Below, piece after piece: positions 63,971-64,000 of a DNA stretch of 64,000 nucleotides (positions within the stretch are counted from its first letter, which is position 1; each line of letters opens with the position of its first letter). A program made the translations under genes and the position numbers. The notes beneath the pieces are model-generated. The model saw nothing but the letters and a program-made list of their open reading frames with translations. It had not been told where the DNA came from and made no database searches. The DNA lies in contig JAKSMD010000003.1 in NCBI GenBank assembly GCA_024400815.1, positions 2,793 to 66,792 of the forward strand. Direction: 5' to 3'. The stretch is from Bacteroidales bacterium. GTDB lineage: Bacteria > Bacteroidota > Bacteroidia > Bacteroidales > WCHB1-69.

Positions 63971-64000
63971 CCGCCCCTAAAAAAGATTGTTAGAATGATA

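Overview
This window reads as a chromosomal segment from a Bacteroidota genome. Four things in the sequence support that: TAnnTTTG '-7' promoter boxes in front of most transcription units; A-rich start contexts with no Shine-Dalgarno; PorV plus three proteins carrying type IX secretion (T9SS) C-terminal sorting domains; and a Rho factor with a ~240-aa K/E/P-rich N-terminal extension. I call about 50 CDS and one tRNA-Lys(UUU). I see no rRNA, CRISPR array, transposase or integrase. Most genes are housekeeping: greA, dxs, rho, formimidoyltransferase-cyclodeaminase, folE, alaS, purM, queA, a UvrD/PcrA-type helicase, aspS and truA. The one clearly accessory block is a tightly packed plus-strand surface-glycan locus at ~19.98/21.2-32.1 kb. 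It encodes a Wzx flippase, a hexapeptide acyltransferase, three ATP-grasp amidoligases around a CapA-like protein, a fused Wzy-like polymerase/GT4 protein, a GT2 and a DegT-type aminotransferase. It ends at a bidirectional terminator shared with tRNA-Lys. I consider it the best candidate for an uncharacterised system, namely a peptide- or amino-acid-decorated (teichuronopeptide-like) glycan. Other points worth a second look: a promoter-plus-terminator-flanked candidate small RNA upstream of aspS with a duplicated GUCCCACCU motif; a tandem YTGAAAC heptamer array in the ftcD/LKR divergent promoter; an extended TAT(C/G)TTTGCCGCC promoter 13-mer; a C10 protease with two CUB-like modules; a MauE/DoxX-thioredoxin fusion; and an orphan transketolase N-terminal half. 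All functional calls rest on motif recognition in the supplied translations. No database search was run.
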